64,000 nucleotides of DNA from Gordius albopunctatus (Eukaryota), in NCBI GenBank assembly GCA_964276515.1, contig OZ193909.1, forward strand, positions 11,470,001-11,534,000. The letters are read 5' to 3'. Numbering within the stretch: position 1 is the first letter of the stretch; every line of letters starts with the position of its first letter. A program made the position numbers and the translations under genes. The notes beneath the pieces are model-generated. The model was given only the letters and a program-made list of their open reading frames with translations. It ran no database searches and had not been told where the DNA came from. Of this stretch, positions 63,501 through 64,000 are shown piece by piece.

Positions 63501-64000
63501 CCGGATGAACCATGGAAAGGCGCAAAATCTTATTCTGTCCTACCCTGTATACTATTCGTGTTCAAAGGCGCTATTGTTATACTCTCGATAAATCCTGACA
63601 AATTTAAAGAATCCAAATCAAAAGTATTAAATCCATAGCTTATAATAGAAATTGTTATTATATCTAAACTTTTGAAATTTTAAATAGTAAATTTCTAGCA
63701 AACCTTGATGTAATTTATAATAATGAATAAAAATTTAATATAAATAAATCATACTACCAAAAATAACATGTGGATTTACTAATATAAACTTTACGCATTA
63801 ACAAAGCCTCCGTCATCATCCAAAGATACATCAACTTTACCCGAGGAATGTATAAACCATAAATTTTTGATACCTTCAAAATACATAGTGAGACTGACAA
63901 CCCTAACTAGTGATTGCAAAGAATTATTTTTCTGGGATCTTTACTATTTAAATTGGTTACTCATAGGCAATGATGGTCGTCCGCAAGAAAAGTACCTTCG
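36504..64000 (+). CDS. sif: still life (SIF type 1)/TIAM-family Rac guanine nucleotide exchange factor, running off the window end. Exons: 36504-36632 and 38535-38587 (both tentative), 43547-43731, 43826-43947, 44342-44416, 47107-48414, 57668-57684 or 57668-57702, 57762-58029, 58431-58574, 58633-58815, 59632-60014, 60879-61038, 61076-61243, 61425-61605, 61719-62126, 62306-62886, 62931-63623, 63807 to beyond 64000.
   Basis: Domain order EVH1-like, PH, CC-Ex, RBD, PDZ, DH, PH, with motifs matching recalled Drosophila SIF and TIAM1. Junctions are phase-consistent GT-AG except the ambiguous one just before the first PH exon. Confidence 0.9.
37535..37937. repeat. Degenerate DNA-transposon remnant with tagcccc motifs
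   Basis: Repeated ctagcccc/tagcccc motifs and a GC-rich terminus tagccccggtttcccct within AT-rich intron sequence. Confidence 0.4.
41780..41940. mobile_element. hAT-type MITE (CATGGGCGTAGC family)
   Basis: catgggtg... / ggctacgcccatg; TSD tttagcaa/cttagcaa. Confidence 0.8.
43547..43947 (+). CDS. sif: SIF N-terminal WH1/EVH1-like domain exons (43547-43731, 43826-43947)
   Basis: FWAEVFKV...KWDKISDGLIAI...QPGTELKQTSECFIYWKD...WGLNFSTPDDASKFKDLC versus recalled SIF LWAEVFHV...QPGTRIGQASECFVYWKD...WGLNFTSPIDAKQFRECC. Confidence 0.92.
44093..44226. mobile_element. hAT-type MITE (CATGGGCGTAGC family)
   Basis: catgggcgtagc / gctacgcccatg; TSD attatatg/aatatagg. Confidence 0.8.
44863..45022. mobile_element. 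Decayed hAT-type MITE (CATGGGCGTAGC family)
   Basis: atggcatagccag...gctacgcccatg with the family's internal body. Confidence 0.65.
47107..48414 (+). CDS. sif: Large S/P/H/N-rich low-complexity exon of the SIF gene
   Basis: 1308-nt open frame between a tttcag acceptor and a caa|gtaaac donor, phase 0 at both ends, with raised GC content. Confidence 0.75.
49340..49866. mobile_element. G/C-tract-rich foldback element with modular inverted arms
   Basis: Left-arm units ttttaccctctttct(c/a)ac..gggggagggggtgatttgc are mirrored by right-arm units gcaaatcacc..cccctcgtgagaaagagggtaaaa. Confidence 0.7.
51031..52915 (-). pseudogene. Helitron PIF1-like helicase C-terminal remnant, with stops and an RTE insertion
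   Basis: ASSGIAATLLPGGKTAHS, DECTM, FGG...DFRQTLPV, RAILAPKN, LRNINQPKLCNGTRL, QFPFKLAFAITINKAQGQSL, FSHGQLYVACSRV. Confidence 0.9.
51516..52169 (+). mobile_element. 5'-truncated RTE LINE inserted in the Helitron helicase
   Basis: FKYLGS, LYSSESW, EMRMLRW, RLRWYGHVERR, GKRKRGRP; (GAA)n tail at 52153-52169; TSD atcagcac at 51508-51515 and 52170-52177. Confidence 0.95.
54400..55960. repeat. Complex tandem repeat array (higher-order unit of about 310-390 bp) with tRNA-like 3' ends; possibly a Helentron/HINE-like element
   Basis: Eight copies of ttggccaatggtcatttttt..ttggtcagtagccaggacacgg and six ggg(at/ta)tcgaacc motifs; GGAC microsatellite at 55881-55905. Confidence 0.75.
57762..60014 (+). 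CDS. sif: SIF PH-CC-Ex region exons
   Basis: WLNVKHWL...KRSWKKYWICLKGPTLLFY, VPEHPKKDNLFCI, ELENWISAIHISCAAS, MKHMGEAQL, YIASLQNSELPNPK, TVSSFHAYVSCR. Confidence 0.92.
59026..59172. mobile_element. Decayed hAT-type MITE (CATGGGCGTAGC family)
   Basis: catgagagtagccaagggg...ggctaagccca with the family body; gccttaa occurs on both flanks. Confidence 0.7.
60879..64000 (+). CDS. sif: SIF RBD, PDZ, DH (RhoGEF) and C-terminal PH exons
   Basis: RBD: MKVEDLLLMVCKKKHYNPSEYFLK. PDZ: KFGFSI...GLSNGDEILSIN. DH: FIQSEKLYI, GNIEEIYLFQ, FKLYSTYCA, PNQRILHYPVLL, AEHINGMQRIQEEFG. PH: LFVFKGAIV. Confidence 0.9.

Overview
Very AT-rich eukaryotic DNA from an invertebrate animal (spliceosomal GT-AG introns, a chitin-binding protein, a SIF/TIAM gene). 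There are no prokaryotic features and no CRISPR. I rebuilt four spliced host genes by hand: (1) the 3' exons of RRN3/TIF-IA (+, 557-2559); (2) a convergent secreted CBM14/peritrophin-A protein of about 1007 aa with a stalk rich in N-glycosylation sequons (-, 2712-5943); (3) GET1/WRB (+, 18926-19574), whose four introns are only 34-36 nt; (4) a still life/TIAM-family Rac-GEF (+, about 36504 to beyond 64000; EVH1-PH-CC-Ex-RBD-PDZ-DH-PH). The rest is dense with transposons: RTE LINEs, a Penelope element with an intact RT/GIY-YIG frame and a hammerhead ribozyme, hAT elements and a high-copy hAT MITE, a Helitron carrying a nested RTE, piggyBac-, Tc1- and pogo-like MITEs, a G/C-rich foldback, and a complex array with tRNA-like ends. 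The best leads are an in-frame join of a hAT BED-finger-like exon to the Penelope ORF, a PH-domain splice junction that seems to need a non-GT donor, a DH domain with altered catalytic residues, ultra-short introns, and the antisense tRNA-like array. All family assignments come from motif recognition without database searches. Exon models are manual and lack transcript support. I found no unambiguous new biological system.
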